Source of the DNA: Octopus bimaculoides
Taxonomy: Eukaryota
DNA: 64,000 nucleotides
Reading direction: 5' to 3'
Assembly (NCBI RefSeq): GCF_001194135.2
Contig: NC_068981.1
Coordinates: forward strand, 179,489,338 to 179,553,337
How positions within the stretch are numbered: position 1 is the first letter of the stretch; the number at the start of each line of letters is the position of its first letter. Shown piece after piece: positions 23,881 to 38,981 of this stretch. The position numbers were made by a program, and so were the translations under genes. Below the pieces are notes generated by a model, which saw only the letters and a program-made list of their open reading frames with translations, was not told where the DNA came from and made no database searches.

Positions 23881-26859
23881 TGGAGCTGGTACCAATTAAC
23901 ACCAAGTGATTGTTCTACCAAACCCACGTAGGTTTTCATACGCTATGGTATTGCTATAATTTTTAAAAACTGCTAGAATCTATTAAGACCAGACGAACAA
24001 TTTAGAAAAGTCAAATATCATGTCTGTATGTGTAAAAGCGTGAAAGCGCTGTGTTTTAAGGATAAATCATCCATAATCACATTTAGTTAATGAAACTAGT
24101 GATAGGCATAAAGTATTTCTAGGCACAATAAAATTAATAAAGTTTAAAATTTAAAGCAAAAATATATAAATAAAATTTACTTTAACGGAGTAATAGAAAT
24201 GGAAAGTAAGACATGATGTACACCTTAAAATAAACATACGAATTCTGATTCTTTTGGTTTTTCAAGGCTGCATACTATATCGAAAATCTTTGAATAAATT
24301 CATAGTTTCATTTTAGTTTCAGTTTCATTTCGTTTCCGCTTTTTTTCTTACATTTATACAGAAAGACACTGAGATTTGGACTTAAATATAACTTCAAGAA
24401 TGTTTCTTCATACTAAAACAATATTTACTAATGATTGTTCAGCTATTACAAAATATCAACAACACTAATTGTAAAAGAGGGAACTTTAGAAACTAAGACA
24501 AGTTTTATTTAAAGCTTGACTACTATAAGATATACATCAACAACAAACTGAATATCTTTCTATCTTAGGTTTGCTTTACGCACAACCTTGATATAACTGT
24601 AACAGAGACACCAGAAACGTGGCTCTCTAACATTTTAAATAATAGAAGTTCAACATGATACTTCAGAAATAAAGGAAGTTAAACATAGCAGATTCGATTT
24701 AATACCTCTCAAACATAAATTACGTAAAGCTTTTGAAATGTCTTTGTGTTTTCTAACTCCTACTAGTTTTGGAGTTGAATACCTCTCGTATTCCCCTAAG
24801 ATTTTAAATTACTTTAACTTACGTTCCTTTTAACCTGTAACGTAAGCTTGTTCTGTTCTGTAGTATCGCACCTGCCATCTGTTATACAGACTGCCGAGCG
24901 TAGCAAAACATCGTTGAATGACAAAATAACAGAGTAATGAATAGAAAAGCAATAGCAGCTGGGCGTGCAGTTTCTGTCAAAATTTGATATTTATTTCCTT
25001 AGGATATAAAAGGCCTTTTGTCGAAAATGACATTGATAAGTGCTGAGCCCTTACAAAACTATTATCTCCTTGTGGAAATGATGGCATTACAAATGTTACA
25101 ATAAAATATTACATAATTTACTGATGTGGATTTGAAGAACAAAAATTTGTTTAATCACACTCAGGTAGATAAATACAGTAGAAACATTTCGTAAACTGAA
25201 AAAGGCAAATGAACATGACAGGTGAATTTATATAGATGCCATATAACATATACTTTTTGATTAAAAAACTAAAAGAAAAAAATAGTCGTCAGGTATAGAA
25301 ATACACAAACACTCAACACATACACGCAAAGACACATATATACCAGATGACTTTATGTTTCTCTTTATATATGCATGTTGGTATATATGCGTGTATGCAT
25401 ATATATGTATATTAGATTGCCAACCACTTAACTGAGTAACATAATTATGTAACTTATTTCCAATAGGTGATAAAATTAGGAAGATATTTGTTCAAATATT
25501 GTTTTAAAAATTACCTAATGAAAACAAAGAAAGAAATTGTTATTTCTATACATTTGTTCGGTATTTGAATGCATTTTGTCAATATTAGGATCCCTAACAG
25601 CTGAAACATGTTGGCAATCATAGTAATTAGATATGCAAAATATACTATTACCATGCAGCTATGCATATCTAAGAGTATTTTATTGAATTCTATCTTGTGT
25701 GCGATTGATTTCTAACTGGTAAATGTCTAACTGGTAGTATATCCAAGAATAACATATAAAATATAAAGCCTATAATATCCTAGAATAACCACTTAACCAA
25801 TAATATAAAATGTAGAGAAACAAAATCGAAAATTACATTTTTACTCCAAGAAATAAAAGAAATAAACTGGATCGTTTTACTCCTGTTGTCTTTTCTTAAT
25901 CTGTTGGGGCAGTAGATGTGTATGACCTATATTCCATTTCAAGGACATCAGATATTGATAGGGGAAGAAGGAAATACAATCTGTCGCTCAAGAAGTAGGG
26001 GTTAAACTAGGAGAGATATTAAGTCTATCAATCAAATTTTCTGACATACTATTAGAGACAATGTAGTAATCAATCATGCAAATTGTTCTAAATTATCCAG
26101 TAAATATCCAGTATAATATATTGATGCTAAAGAAAATATATGTATTCAGATAATACTAATAAATCGTGTGAAGGAATGTTGTTACAGTGACTACGCTTTT
26201 ACCTTCTGTCTATCATTGAATTCCAAGAGTGCGCTAGAAGTGATCAGTACTAAAATCCAATACAAATGAATTTATTACTGCTGCAGATATTTTAAAATCA
26301 GGTCGACAAATTATTAAATTAGATGCAACGTTTCCTTTCGGTATGCATTCAGTTTTCACAGCGAATGTAATCCATGCAGCAAATTAATTATGTGTTCTTT
26401 AATATAACAGATAGAAAATAAATTATACTTCTCTCATCAACCAATTGTTGTTATACACGAAATCTTTACCATCTTATCAAGATAGGCTTTCGAATGCACT
26501 CTGATTAATATTGAATATTCGCAATGAAACTTCATCCTTATTGCGAGAATTTGTAGTTTATATACAAGCTGTGTATTTCATAGTTTGTATATAAAGTATA
26601 AATTCTCACAATAAAGATGACTTTCCATTGCTAATATTCACAGATTCACACTCGATACAAGGTATTAGCAATGATTTTTAAAAGTTAAGTTTTGTAAAAC
26701 GTATTTCAAGAATTCAGTACACGAAACATAAAGATTAATATCTCTTCGAAATAATTTTGGTCAGTTCGAATATAACTACGATCTGTTAATTTCACATCTT
26801 TGTGTTCCCAATCTAGAGTAGATACTTTCCTTTCAACACCTTTATTTTTACAATGGCTG

Positions 26860-26991
26860 CAGACATCACTATGTGCCGAAAGGGTCATTTTGCGATCACG
26901 GGATTCGAGGTTCAATATTACTATGTGGCTTCTATGAAAACCATGGACCAAATCAGGTGAAAGTTTGGTAGACGGAACTGTGCACAAGCTC

Positions 26992-27036
<45 letters not shown>

Positions 27037-27230
27037 ATGTGTGTGCTTGTGTGTGTGTGTCTGTGTGTGTATGTATATGCGTATCTGTGTGGGAGTGGGT
27101 ACGTGTCTTTGTGTGTATGTATGAAGGTATGTTTGAATGCATGCTTGTATGTGTATGTGTGTACATGTGTGTGTAATGACTAGAAATGGTTGAAGCAGTC
27201 CATCGACAAAATACTTCATGCTATTTCGTT
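26860..27230 (+). mobile_element. SINE family B-related degenerate copy with expanded internal (TG)n
   Basis: tRNA-like gatcacgggattcgaggttcaa, then ggaccaaat..tttggtagacggaactg, then (TG)n. Confidence 0.55.
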
Positions 27231-28371
27231 CTGCCCCTGTTATTTCTTTGAACGCTCACTGACTGGCATTGTCATGTGTCCTTTACGGGATCAATAATCA
27301 TATACTGTCCTATGTACTGGGTTTATAAAATCAACTAAATTCCTTGAAAGCATCACTACAGCAACTGAAATCCAATTATGACACCAGTAACACACAATCA
27401 AAGATATCAAAAATATATTTCCCTTAATAAAATAAATTAGAAAGAGATTCTGCTTAACAGAATATAATTATTGAACTTTATTACTTCTTTACACAAATTT
27501 GATTTTCTTCCAAAATATTCTGCTCTCTTGAAACTGAATTTGTTTTTCTTGCAAAGAATGTGTTTTTATCTGTTATCCCTTTAGTAATGTTTAAATGAAA
27601 CTCCTTTTCTCATACATTAATTAGAATTTTAAAATCAAAATTGTGGATGTTTTGTGAATCTTATCTTTGCCACGATACGTTGAGGTTGTATATGATAGGC
27701 ATTCCTATGCCATCAAATGTCAGTAAGCGCCAAAAGAAATATCTTGGAAGCTAACCTAATTCATGTTCAAAGATTTCAATTGTATACTTCAAGAAAATAG
27801 AAGATAAACTTCAAACTTGCTTGGATTTATTAAACTTTAATCCTTGTCTTGCCCAAAATACACTCTATTTTAAGTAGTTACCATAAATTATTGATAAAAT
27901 CTACAGTATATCGACTGACCATCGGAAAAAATAAATGGCTAATGTTGTTGAGCGCCTTATTTTCTTTTATAAGAAACATGTCACTTCAAGTAGAAAAATG
28001 TTAACATAGACAGCATTTTTATTCCCCGGCAGCACTGAAAAGTTAAATGACAGATTTATCAAATCTTTAAGACAGCTGTCACTCGTCTTTGACTTCTAAG
28101 CACATTAAATTTTGTCACGCGTTTCCCAGCACATATAAACTACATTCTTCATATTCTAAACTCACAAGTAAATTATATTACATAGAAGCGTAGAATTAAG
28201 TATACTCAATAAGGATATGATTGTTATTATTTGCCAGTTAGAAGATACAATTATTAGTCATACACAGTTTTTGCCAGGGTGGGCGCTATAAGAAAATTTG
28301 AAAGGGTAAATCGAAAATATTTACTAAATTCACTTTTGGAGACCATGCAGTTTGAGTAAAGCTTTAAAGTA

Positions 28372-29599
28372 CAAAGGTTGTCCTGAAAGTAATGCAAAAG
28401 CGGGCGTAACAGCTTTATTAACTGGCATATCTATTTCAAATTGTACGTGTTGTTAGAGTAAAATTTCCTCTGTAGTAATTCTTCATCCTGTTTTTCATTA
28501 CACGCAAATAATAGGTTCCATGAAGAAACAACTTGTCGTCATTGATAGGAATTCAGGCCCTCCGACATCTACAGAAAGTTACAGTTTATACACGGTACAA
28601 CACCTTTGAGAAAAGTAACGTAAACAAATGGATAATGATGTTTTAAAACGTTGTAATCATCACTGAAGAAAAATTAGACAATGGGAAATGATCGACCGCA
28701 AACATTGACATAAATCACACGTGCGTTGACTAATTCATTTTCACGGACATACGAGATAAAATCCGTGTGATTGTTGAGCAGCTGCACTATGAGCACAGTG
28801 CATTATATGATAGAATACATTGGAAAAGAGTGTGTTAAGTGAGCACGTTAGAAGTAGGCACCCCATTTGTTGGGTGAAAAGGTTGATGTCTACTGGACTA
28901 GCTGGAAGCGTTTGAAATTAATGAAGATACACTTTCACCAATCTTGGGGCAAAAGATGGAAATTGGTCGTATCTTTATGATCCAGAAATAAAGGATCAGT
29001 TCACGAAACGGTGTCATGCCTCTTCTCAAAATCCTAAGGAAATTACGAGTCAACATTCGGCATAGAAACTCATGACGACTGTTTTGGAGGCCGATGGAAG
29101 CGTAAATCTCCTTGACTTTCTAGAACGTGGCTTCACAGTGACTAGCGAGCGAGATATTGAAACAGTCAAGAAGCTTGGTGAAACCATTAGGAAGAATAAA
29201 CCGAATAAGAACTTGAAAATGATCCATATTCATGCTGATAATATTTTTGGCAACAAATCAGAAAGAGCAGAGAAGGCTGGCCAGTGCTTCTCCTTCCATC
29301 GTTCAACACAGACCTGGTTACCACAGGCGTTCACATGCGGACAATTTTTCGGAAAGAACAACTGGATGATACAGACAACGTGAATTTGGGCACGACAGTG
29401 CACATATAAACATTTTCAAAGAGGATACGAGATTTGGGTTTAACAACGGCACCGAAACATTGTTGACAATAGAAACTGTGTTTTCTAGTATTTTTGTTTA
29501 GAGGAATGGGAAACGTACTAATGTGTGCATTCTAAGGGACTTATGCCAGTTAATGAAAAAGTTATGTCAACATATGTATTACTTTCGGAACAACCCTTG
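28372..29599 (+). mobile_element. Full-length but decayed mariner (Tc1/mariner, DD34D-type) DNA transposon
   Basis: 25-bp TIRs caaaggttgtcctgaaagtaatgca and rc caagggttgttccgaaagtaataca (4 mismatches). TA at 28370-71 and 29600-01. Transposase remnants PEIKDQ..SA*KLMTTVLEADGSVNLLDFLERGFTVTSERDIETVKKL...HIHADN contain stops and frameshifts. Confidence 0.92.
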
Positions 29600-29712
29600 T
29601 ACTATAAAACATATACAAATACTAACAACCAGATATATACACACATACACACACACACTCACATATATATATATATATATATACATTACATGGATATATG
29701 AATGTTCATATG

Positions 29713-29751
<39 letters not shown>

Positions 29752-29752
29752 C

Positions 29753-29803
<51 letters not shown>

Positions 29804-30679
29804 GAGAGAGAGAGAATATAAAACTATATATATGATATACAGAAAAAGTGAATACATTTTTCTCTTCTTTTTAATGTCTAAATTTATTCTGTCTCTTAAT
29901 AGGAGTTATTTATTTACGAATTTAAAGTTATCGTAAAACAATGAAAGGAGCTGGAGACCTTTTTTTCCGTCACTCGATCTCTGAATAAAATCAACTGAAT
30001 TTGCTTAAATACTGTACCCCTATCGACTGAAATAAGGAAGAGTACAGTGAATAATTTAGTCCTAGACATGCCACTAAATAAGGGCTAAACACGGTTGTGA
30101 TATTTTTGAACAATGATATGCAAGATCACGCCATATTAAATTTCTTTAAACAACTAACAGTAGGAAAATGGTTAATATACCTGGTTAATAAGTAGCCAAA
30201 TTATAATTGGATTTTCTTACACGCACACATACACACAGACACACAGACACACAGATACACACACACACAGACACACACACACACACACACACATGTACTC
30301 TTGCTCTTACACATACATATTATTATATTATGATATTCATAAATATGGCGTCACTGAGTTGTTAAGTATAGCGATTTCTTTGCAAACTAAAAAGGAGATA
30401 TTTATCAATCAATGTTAATGAGAACATTCCAAAACTATTGCATTTAATGAGAATTCTACAAATACACATGGCTGTTTGAGTTTTATTCTTTAGTTTTGAT
30501 CTTTGCGTTTATACATTAGAGCGTATCATAAAATATCATAATTTGCTGAAAGCAAATAATTTGGGATGTGTACTATCTGCATTGAAGACAATAATCAACT
30601 TAACATATGTAATACCGTGATCGTTATAAAATGCTAATTGAAATAAGCTGCCGATTCAGTAAGGACAATATTATATTGA

Positions 30680-30895
30680 TATCATGTGGAAAAACGTTAA
30701 CTAGATGGTGAAAATTATTAGCGGCACTTCTTGCGGCGTTTTTTGTTCTGAGCTCAAATAGTGCCAAAATCAAGTTCACTTTTTATCATTTCGGGGTCGA
30801 TGAAATAATGTATCAGTGAAGTACTGGAGTCGATGTAATAGGTTAACTTCCCTCTGACAATTACTGGCCTTGTGCGAAAGTGAGAAAGGATAATT
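30680..30895 (+). mobile_element. SINE family A, degenerate
   Basis: gttctgagctcaaat..tttcggggtcgatgaaataa..tactggagtcgatgtaat..ggccttgtgcgaaag. Confidence 0.7.
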
Positions 30896-33117
30896 TTTCT
30901 CGCAAGCATGGAGACAAAGTTAAAAATGTGTTCCGTTTATTTGCTTCCGAAGCCAATTATAGAACCCATCATATTTGGTAAAGCCGCATTCTTTACGTAA
31001 GTGTGTATGTAGGATGGATGAATGAGAAGAAAAAGTAGAAAACTTACTCTATTTCTTCAGCACATGCATATATATNNNNNNNNNNNNNNNNNNNNNNNNN
31101 NNNNNNNNNNNNNNNNNNNNNNNNNNNNNNNNNNNNNNNNNNNNNNNNNNNNNNNNNNNNNNNNNNNNNNTATATATATATATATATATATTTCGTTACT
31201 ACTCCTCATATTAATAATAATGATAGCGTTCATCTCCAGAGAACTACGAATTGCATTCGACCATCATGCGTTGAACATATAAAATTCGAAACTTAATTTT
31301 ATATCAGTATCCTCATCTACTCGAGCTGAGATAGCTTTCATAAAATCTAAACTTGATTGATTTAAGCCTTTTATGAAAAATACAAAGTCGTTATAATAAA
31401 TTCCTTGATGATTTCTTCTCACTTATTACCACCTTGAACGACCTTCGTCTTATCTTAATTATTACCCCAAATATGTCCTTCAAAATTTACTTCCTCTTTC
31501 CCCTGTTGTCGAAAATATTGTCTTCATATTTATAAAAACCCTCCAAAATTTATTCCAATCTTCCCTCAAACAATACAAAATATTTTAACCTTTTATTTTT
31601 GATTATATCCTTATAATTTCTCTCACTTGCTACCTCCGCTACGTATATTTATTTTAAATCCAGTATATATCAATTTATAATAACTTTAATTGTGTATTAC
31701 TTAAATTTGAAACAACCTTTTCACGGGGCACAAAATATTTCGACTTTACAGGAAGTGAAATGCAATGTTATAGAAATCTTGGTCTTCCAAAAATATTCTT
31801 CAAGAAACTTAAATGAGTATCTAAATCGTGTCGCAGAATTGATTAGTTTTTTTCTCTAGATCACCAAACGTTCCCGATAATTAATATTGATTGTATAACT
31901 CAATACCAAACTAATATTGTTTTAAAAAGTTCATCTAAATATTAATTGAATCTTACTTTTTAATTAATAAGTTAAGCAAATACTTTAAAGGGATATTTAA
32001 TATTTAAAGCACAGAAAAATTGAATATGCTATAGTTGAGTACCTTTTCTGTTTGAAGTAATGTAATTAAAGTATCAAATTTGCTTAATTTGTTTCTTTTA
32101 TTAAATGTTTTCTCCAAAAATATATTCTACTTCCCTGTTTTAAGTAGTGTCCATTCTTTGTTCATTCTGCATCAAAATATCTATTACTGGTTCAATCACA
32201 GTTTATATATGCTGTTGCTTCTGCTTCTCTTGTGCTTTAAATCAGCTCTAACTGCATGTAAAACAATAAGACCCAAATACATTCCAGCCGTGGCCGGGGG
32301 ATCTGATTATGTTTATTTAGACATAATTTATAAAGAAATAAAAATATCTCAGTCATGCAGCAGTGTCTGATTTGACAGAGTTTTGACTGCTATTTTTGAA
32401 ATGCTGATCAGTTGTACAATGACTCTGAGTTTGGCTCGTACTATTTTATATAGTTCTGAAAAGCATTACCATGTTTGTTGATTCTGTTTCACTTGCTGAA
32501 GTGTATACCCAAAGCTCTATGCACGAGAGAATGATATCGATTACAAAGCATTTGAACGTTTTTTTTTTGTGTTTTCCTGTATTTTTTAATATGCGATATA
32601 TTTCAGTTACGACTGTGGATTCTATAGCTTTATATCTCCCATCAGCTAAAATACTTAAGAAATGTAAATATTGGGAAACGTTTACAAATAAGGACGTAAT
32701 AATGATGTTGTACTTATATAGACACACTGAATAATCGTTTTGAGTTCAAATATAACTGGATTCACTCAAAAGCTTTAATCTCACCGCAATCAATAAAAAA
32801 CAAACAATTTCTCACTCCTTCAATTTTCTTGTCGTTTTACCAATGTAAGAAATATTATAGACGAAATAATTCATGGACTGTCACTTTATGTAGCAATGTG
32901 TCTAGCAATGTACTCAGCATTAAATTGATTGCTCTAAAGTTTTAAACCATAACATCAAAGTAAGGAAATATACATTCCGAGCATGTATATTAGATGAAGC
33001 GTAGTCCTATATATTTAGTTTCTTATTCTATTTTTTTATTTTCTACTAAATTTAATGAACCATGGAACCATTATACAGCAACTTCATACTATTAAAGGAT
33101 TTCTAATAAGCAAACAA

Positions 33118-33249
<132 letters not shown>

Positions 33250-34437
33250 TTCACTATTTTTGTTTTCATCTAGTGATTTTAAGTTTCTCTAATAAATACG
33301 TATTTTCACCTGCTTCACGAGCTATTAACTGCTAAATTGGTTATAGTTGTTGGCAAAGTTTGAAAATAAATAACTCTCTTTACAACATGAATACATAACA
33401 CTAATGATTAAAACCACACGTTTTTAATATTAACAAACCGAAATTTGAATATAAATTATTAACGGGTCCACATAAGGAGGATGATCAAATGGTTGTTTTT
33501 TTCTCCTAATAGTTTTTCAATTAATTTTGTCTATTCTAGAAACAAATTATCGTCCATTAAACAAGAATACACATACTTTAGACGTAAATTCTATAACTGT
33601 TGAATGACTGTTAGTTTTAACCTTGTGGCCTATTGCCAATATCAGAAACCATTTTTTACACTGTGTATGTGGAAGGCAGAGCAGAAAAACAATTTCTATA
33701 AGACAATGAAAACTATAATTTGCATCAAGCTAATTTAGAGGGCTTCTGTTTGTTGGAATGAATGTAAAAAATTTGGATTCTGTCAACAACAGAAACGCTT
33801 TGCGCTTGGCAAATACTCATCAGTTTCGTACGATACTAAATTCAAATTCACTAATTAATTTGTATTACAGACCTAACATAGGATAATCCATAATTCTTAT
33901 AATTTCAAAAGTATAATTTTCGGTGGTAATCAAGTGACACCAAGTTAATGGATTCTCCATAAAATGCAATATTATTTCCCAGGACGTATATATTACGTAT
34001 CTTTCGATGTGTTCATACAGATTGAGATAGCCGCCAATTAAATTATGTTCCTTTACAAGAAAGTAAAATGAACAATGTCTTCTGGAGCTGTGTCAGGAAA
34101 AAAATCAATTAGAATAAAATATTTAATGTAGAAGAACAGGAGGGATAGTAAATAAAGTATATTCTAATGGTGAGTTCAACTATTGAACCCATCATTATGT
34201 TGCGGTTGACATAGAAATTCCGCACAACAATGTAACCTTCAGTTCATTCAGATGATCTCAACCGGATGATTATGTAGGTTTGACATTAGCTCATTGCATA
34301 ACAATTACATTTCTACCTTCAGCTTGCTAAAAAAAAACATATTTAGCGTGCATTTTAGAGACAACAACAAAAACAATGTTAAAATGGAGGACCAAGATGA
34401 AGAGGAAGACGAAAAAGAAAGAAAGAAAGAAAAAATA

Positions 34438-34438
34438 A

Positions 34439-34470
<32 letters not shown>

Positions 34471-34541
34471 AGAAGAAGAAGAAGAAGAAGAAGAAGAAGA
34501 AGAAGAAGAAGAAGAAGAAGAAGAAGAAGAAGAAGAAGAAG
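34438..34541 (+). repeat. (GAAA)n/(GAA)n purine microsatellite
   Basis: Directly visible. Confidence 0.95.
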
Positions 34542-35817
34542 GGAGCATGTTCGACAAAAAGCACAAGGTACCTTTCACTAGAAATTTGATATTTCAAAGT
34601 ATTTCTTGACTACTCCAAAAACGTTTATTTAAACGGATTATATAAGAGCGAATCCTATGAAAGACTGTCACGACTTGTTTAAAGATAATTGCCCATTGCT
34701 GTATTTGAGAAACCGTGAAAGGTTTTCTTTTATATGATTAATGTTATGCATATTGTTTGGCAATGTATGATAACGCTAATCTATTTACTAATACATTACA
34801 TTTCGAATAAACATCATATCATTGCATTCAACTGAAGTTTAAATTGAGAACTTACATCTTGAATTTGATGCATAGGTGCGAAGAATAGAACGTCAAAAAA
34901 AAAAAATCTCAGTTTGACTCCAATCGTAATATAAAGAAAATTATACTATAAATAAATCGCCGAGATTTACTTTTGATATGTGGTGAATAAATCAGAAAAA
35001 TCAAATTTAGACACAATATGAATACGTTAAGATACTGCATTCCCATTTTACAGCAACACTCTGCTCAGCAAACGAAATTAAGACATCAAGAGGAAATAAT
35101 TTTAAAGAAACTCTAGGAAGGACTAACTAATTGATATTCTTAGCTGTTTAAAAAGGAGAAAGATAACAGCATGACAATAGAATCCCTAAAAGGAAGATAC
35201 TTTGAAAAAGCAGAAATTATGATTAAAGAAACGAACCAAGAAAATATAAATATTAACAAGTCGCATTGAAAGGATAAATCTAACACGAGCGAAATAACAG
35301 AAACAGAAACTGGCATGGATTTTTAAATATAATGGAAATGAGATGCAAGAATGAAAACAATTCTAAGGATGGTAATTATACTTAAAAAGAAATCAATCTA
35401 AATGTGGGCATTATTTAAAAATTAAAACCTATTGAGTATTTTAGTATGAACCAATAACGGTGACACCCGACGATAAATTGCAAAGACGAACTAGCAGCAG
35501 CAATACAATAATGCGATCCTATGATCGAAGTCTCTAAGAAAACAGATCCCAGCATCAACTCTACACGGCTAAACGAAACAATGTATAAAACATCCTTGGT
35601 AATTACAAAAGAAGTTGCGTAGTAACTCAGATTTACTGATATAGATCTACTTCAAATCCCAAGCAATGAACATGAATAACTAACATACAGAAATGATTTA
35701 TCGATACTTAATAAAATCCATGCTAAAGGACAATTTTGTAAAAGAGAAGATATTACAATAGAAATTTTTAAATTGACAATAACAAGGTTCAAAATAGAAA
35801 GCCTAAAATAATAGTTA

Positions 35818-36239
35818 CTGTAAATCCTCGAGTATAGTCCGCCCTTGGGTATAATACGCAAGAGATTTTTAGGGGGCTGTACCTCTGAAAAATCTAAATC
35901 TTGTGTATAATACGCACCCCTTCTCTAACTTGAGTCAAGGAGGTCTATATAACATCCTTGGTTTGTAAACGTATATACGGTAACGTCCTTTATTATTATT
36001 GTATATATAACATAATGCAAACGTGTAGCTTTTTTGTGCACTTTGCAGAAAATAAAGAAATAACAGTAATAACGTCAGTGAAAAATAAATATTAAGTAAA
36101 TTACCTTTACATATTTATCACTGAAGAAATTTTGTTTAGAAAACATTTTTCATTTTTAACCTCGTATATAGTACGCACTAGAAATGTTGACCTTTAAAGT
36201 TTGGTAAAAAAAGTGCGGATTATACTGGAGGATTTACGG
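35818..36239. mobile_element. 422-bp MITE with TA TSD (pogo/Tc1-mariner-type TIR)
   Basis: TIRs ctgtaaatcctcgagtatagtccgc and rc ccgtaaatcctccagtataatccgc (22/25); TA at 35816-17 and 36240-41; no coding capacity. Confidence 0.88.
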
Positions 36240-37233
36240 TACTCGTTAAATGACAAATAATACGCCTATTTCAAAGCCGCAACGTTAGTAAAAATCAATG
36301 CATGTAACTAGGGTAGAAATATATGCAGGAAAAATATGGTATATATCATATATTCGCTAAAACAGTTTTAGAGAATATGTTAGTCCTCATGCACAGAGTA
36401 GTCAAATTTCATTGACCGGATATTGTTGTTAAATATCTGGTCAATGAAGGTTGACCGGATACTTAACAAAAAGAAGGTTCGTGTGAATCAAAATGTTTGT
36501 CCCATACAGATGATATTGTATTCCTAAATGAAATGCGGAAATTAATTAAATAGTTAATAGAAATAGGTCTGGAAATAGAGATAGCCACAAATCGTGTATA
36601 ACAGCAGAATAATCCCTACCGTAATAGATGCCTATAATGATATAGAATATGTAAATAAATTATATAGAATATAATGAGACTTACACAATGTACAGAAAAT
36701 AGCATTACCTGGCACTGATGCTATTACATAAATTACTGAAAATAAGATAGAAAACACAAAACCAAAACGAAGTACCACACGTACCCATAGTACATAGATT
36801 TGCCTCGGTTTGCAACGAAAGCAAACTAGAAATATAAGGCTTCTGAAAAATATTAATAATTTATTTATATTAGTAATTATATCTCATCAATGAATTCATT
36901 GTGATGTGTTCGTATTTGTCTGTAAATATGTAACATTGACGTTTCATACGAAGATTAATATTCCATTTTTCTTTGAAGGTTGATAGTAAAACCAAATCTA
37001 ATCATATTGTTTGTCGGGTTACAGTTTTCAAATGTTTTATGGAATCTACTATAAATTCTTTTGTTTCAATTGAGCCTAACGCTTACGAATGTAAAATATC
37101 AATTATTTCATAGTTCATGAGCATGAACACTCATAGAACATCAACCTTCAGTAATCGGTGTCGGCAGCGTCCCTCTTGTTACAAACGCATACGAAAACGC
37201 ACACATACACTCACGCATAAATAAGTATATCCG

Positions 37234-37280
<47 letters not shown>

Positions 37281-38935
37281 CACATGCACATACACATACA
37301 CACACGTATATATATTTATATATATATACATGTATACTATATAGTAATTCATTCATTTATTTATATGGTATTCTATATATCTTACTTAACGTGGATATAC
37401 TGTAGAAAACTAGAAAAGTGTGGTTTTTGTTTCGTATAGTCGTATATTGGTAAAAAGACACGGGAATATATCAGTAGTAGAGGAAAAGCATCTGATTGTG
37501 ACGATAAAATTGCTAAGTCCAGATTTCTCCTACTCTGAGCACCACCAGAATCAATTATCCACTAGGAGATAGAAAACAGTGATTATAAACCTCTGTGGAG
37601 GCACAGTTATCCCGTAGGCTTGGTAACAAACACATATTGTAATGGTTCTCCATTTTGTCTGCGGATGATCGTCATTGACTTATATAAGTCGCCTAATCTC
37701 TAAAAGGAACTTTCGAGTCGTTTGTATCAAACAAGAAAATGAAATGTATTCATAATTATTTAATAGGATATATATTAAAATATACAGTCTAACTAACTTA
37801 GATTTAACAGAGATTTTCTAATACACGCTGTTTGTGTATAAAAGTATTTATAAAATATATAGTAAAATCTCCGATTAATGGACGATACGCTTATTAACGA
37901 AGACGGATTAAGGGAATTGACTTTTAATCCGAAGAGAGGACGACTATTTATGAAGCATATCAAGATTGGGTAATTTCCTGTCTTTTCTCTGGGCGAAGAG
38001 AATAACAAGATCTATACACATTTGATTAGTTCTATCGTATAGGGGTTACTCATTGTAGCATGGCTATATTAAATTTACCATATATTTCCGTATGTATATG
38101 CGTATCCGCCTGTGTGTGTATGTGTGTGAGTGTGTATTTCTCAGTGTGTGCGCGCGCGCGTAAGTGTGTGTAAGTTGCGTGTGCATGTGTGTTTGTGCGT
38201 GTGCGTATGTATGTGTATAAGGGTATATACATTGTTTTAAACAATTTTCTGCACACGTGCGCATGAATGGTATCTATGGCGAGATGATACTTGCTGCTTC
38301 GTAAACCCATATTGAATATACCCATACATATGTACCTGTATATATATATATATATATATATATACTATACTATACTATACAAAGTGTGGGAGGTTACTTC
38401 ATTGGTGATCTAAACATCTGGGTATGCTAAGTAAGTGGTGTAACGGATTACTGGGGCTCCAAGTTTATAGCCGAGACGGTATTTATGGACCCAATACAGA
38501 TTTCCGAAACAGCGGATATATAATTGTTTATGCATATATATATATATACATACATACATATATATTTACGTAGATGTAAATGCACACACGTACGCACATA
38601 CACGCATGTACACATACGCATACACACACACATACAGATATGTGTGTGAATGTCTATACATGTATATGTTATTATATCCTTTACCTTGCTTCAATCACAG
38701 AACTGCGACTGCGCAGGTTTTCGTTTGAAAAGGTTTTGTTAATCAGATCAGACCCATTACTTATTTTAAATACAATAATTAGTCTACCAACCCACGAATC
38801 GAAAGAAAGCTAGTTGGAGACAATAACTGCCCACTCTCAAACGCACATTCACACGTACACACACACACATACATACAAAAATAGATGTGTACATATACAT
38901 ATATACGTGCGTGTGTGTGTGTGTGTGTGGGGGTA

Positions 38936-38981
<46 letters not shown>

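Noticed and set aside
33790-33836. CTGATGAG on the minus strand near GAAAC
   Set aside because: The motif order and spacing do not give a hammerhead; there is no GAAA after stem II.
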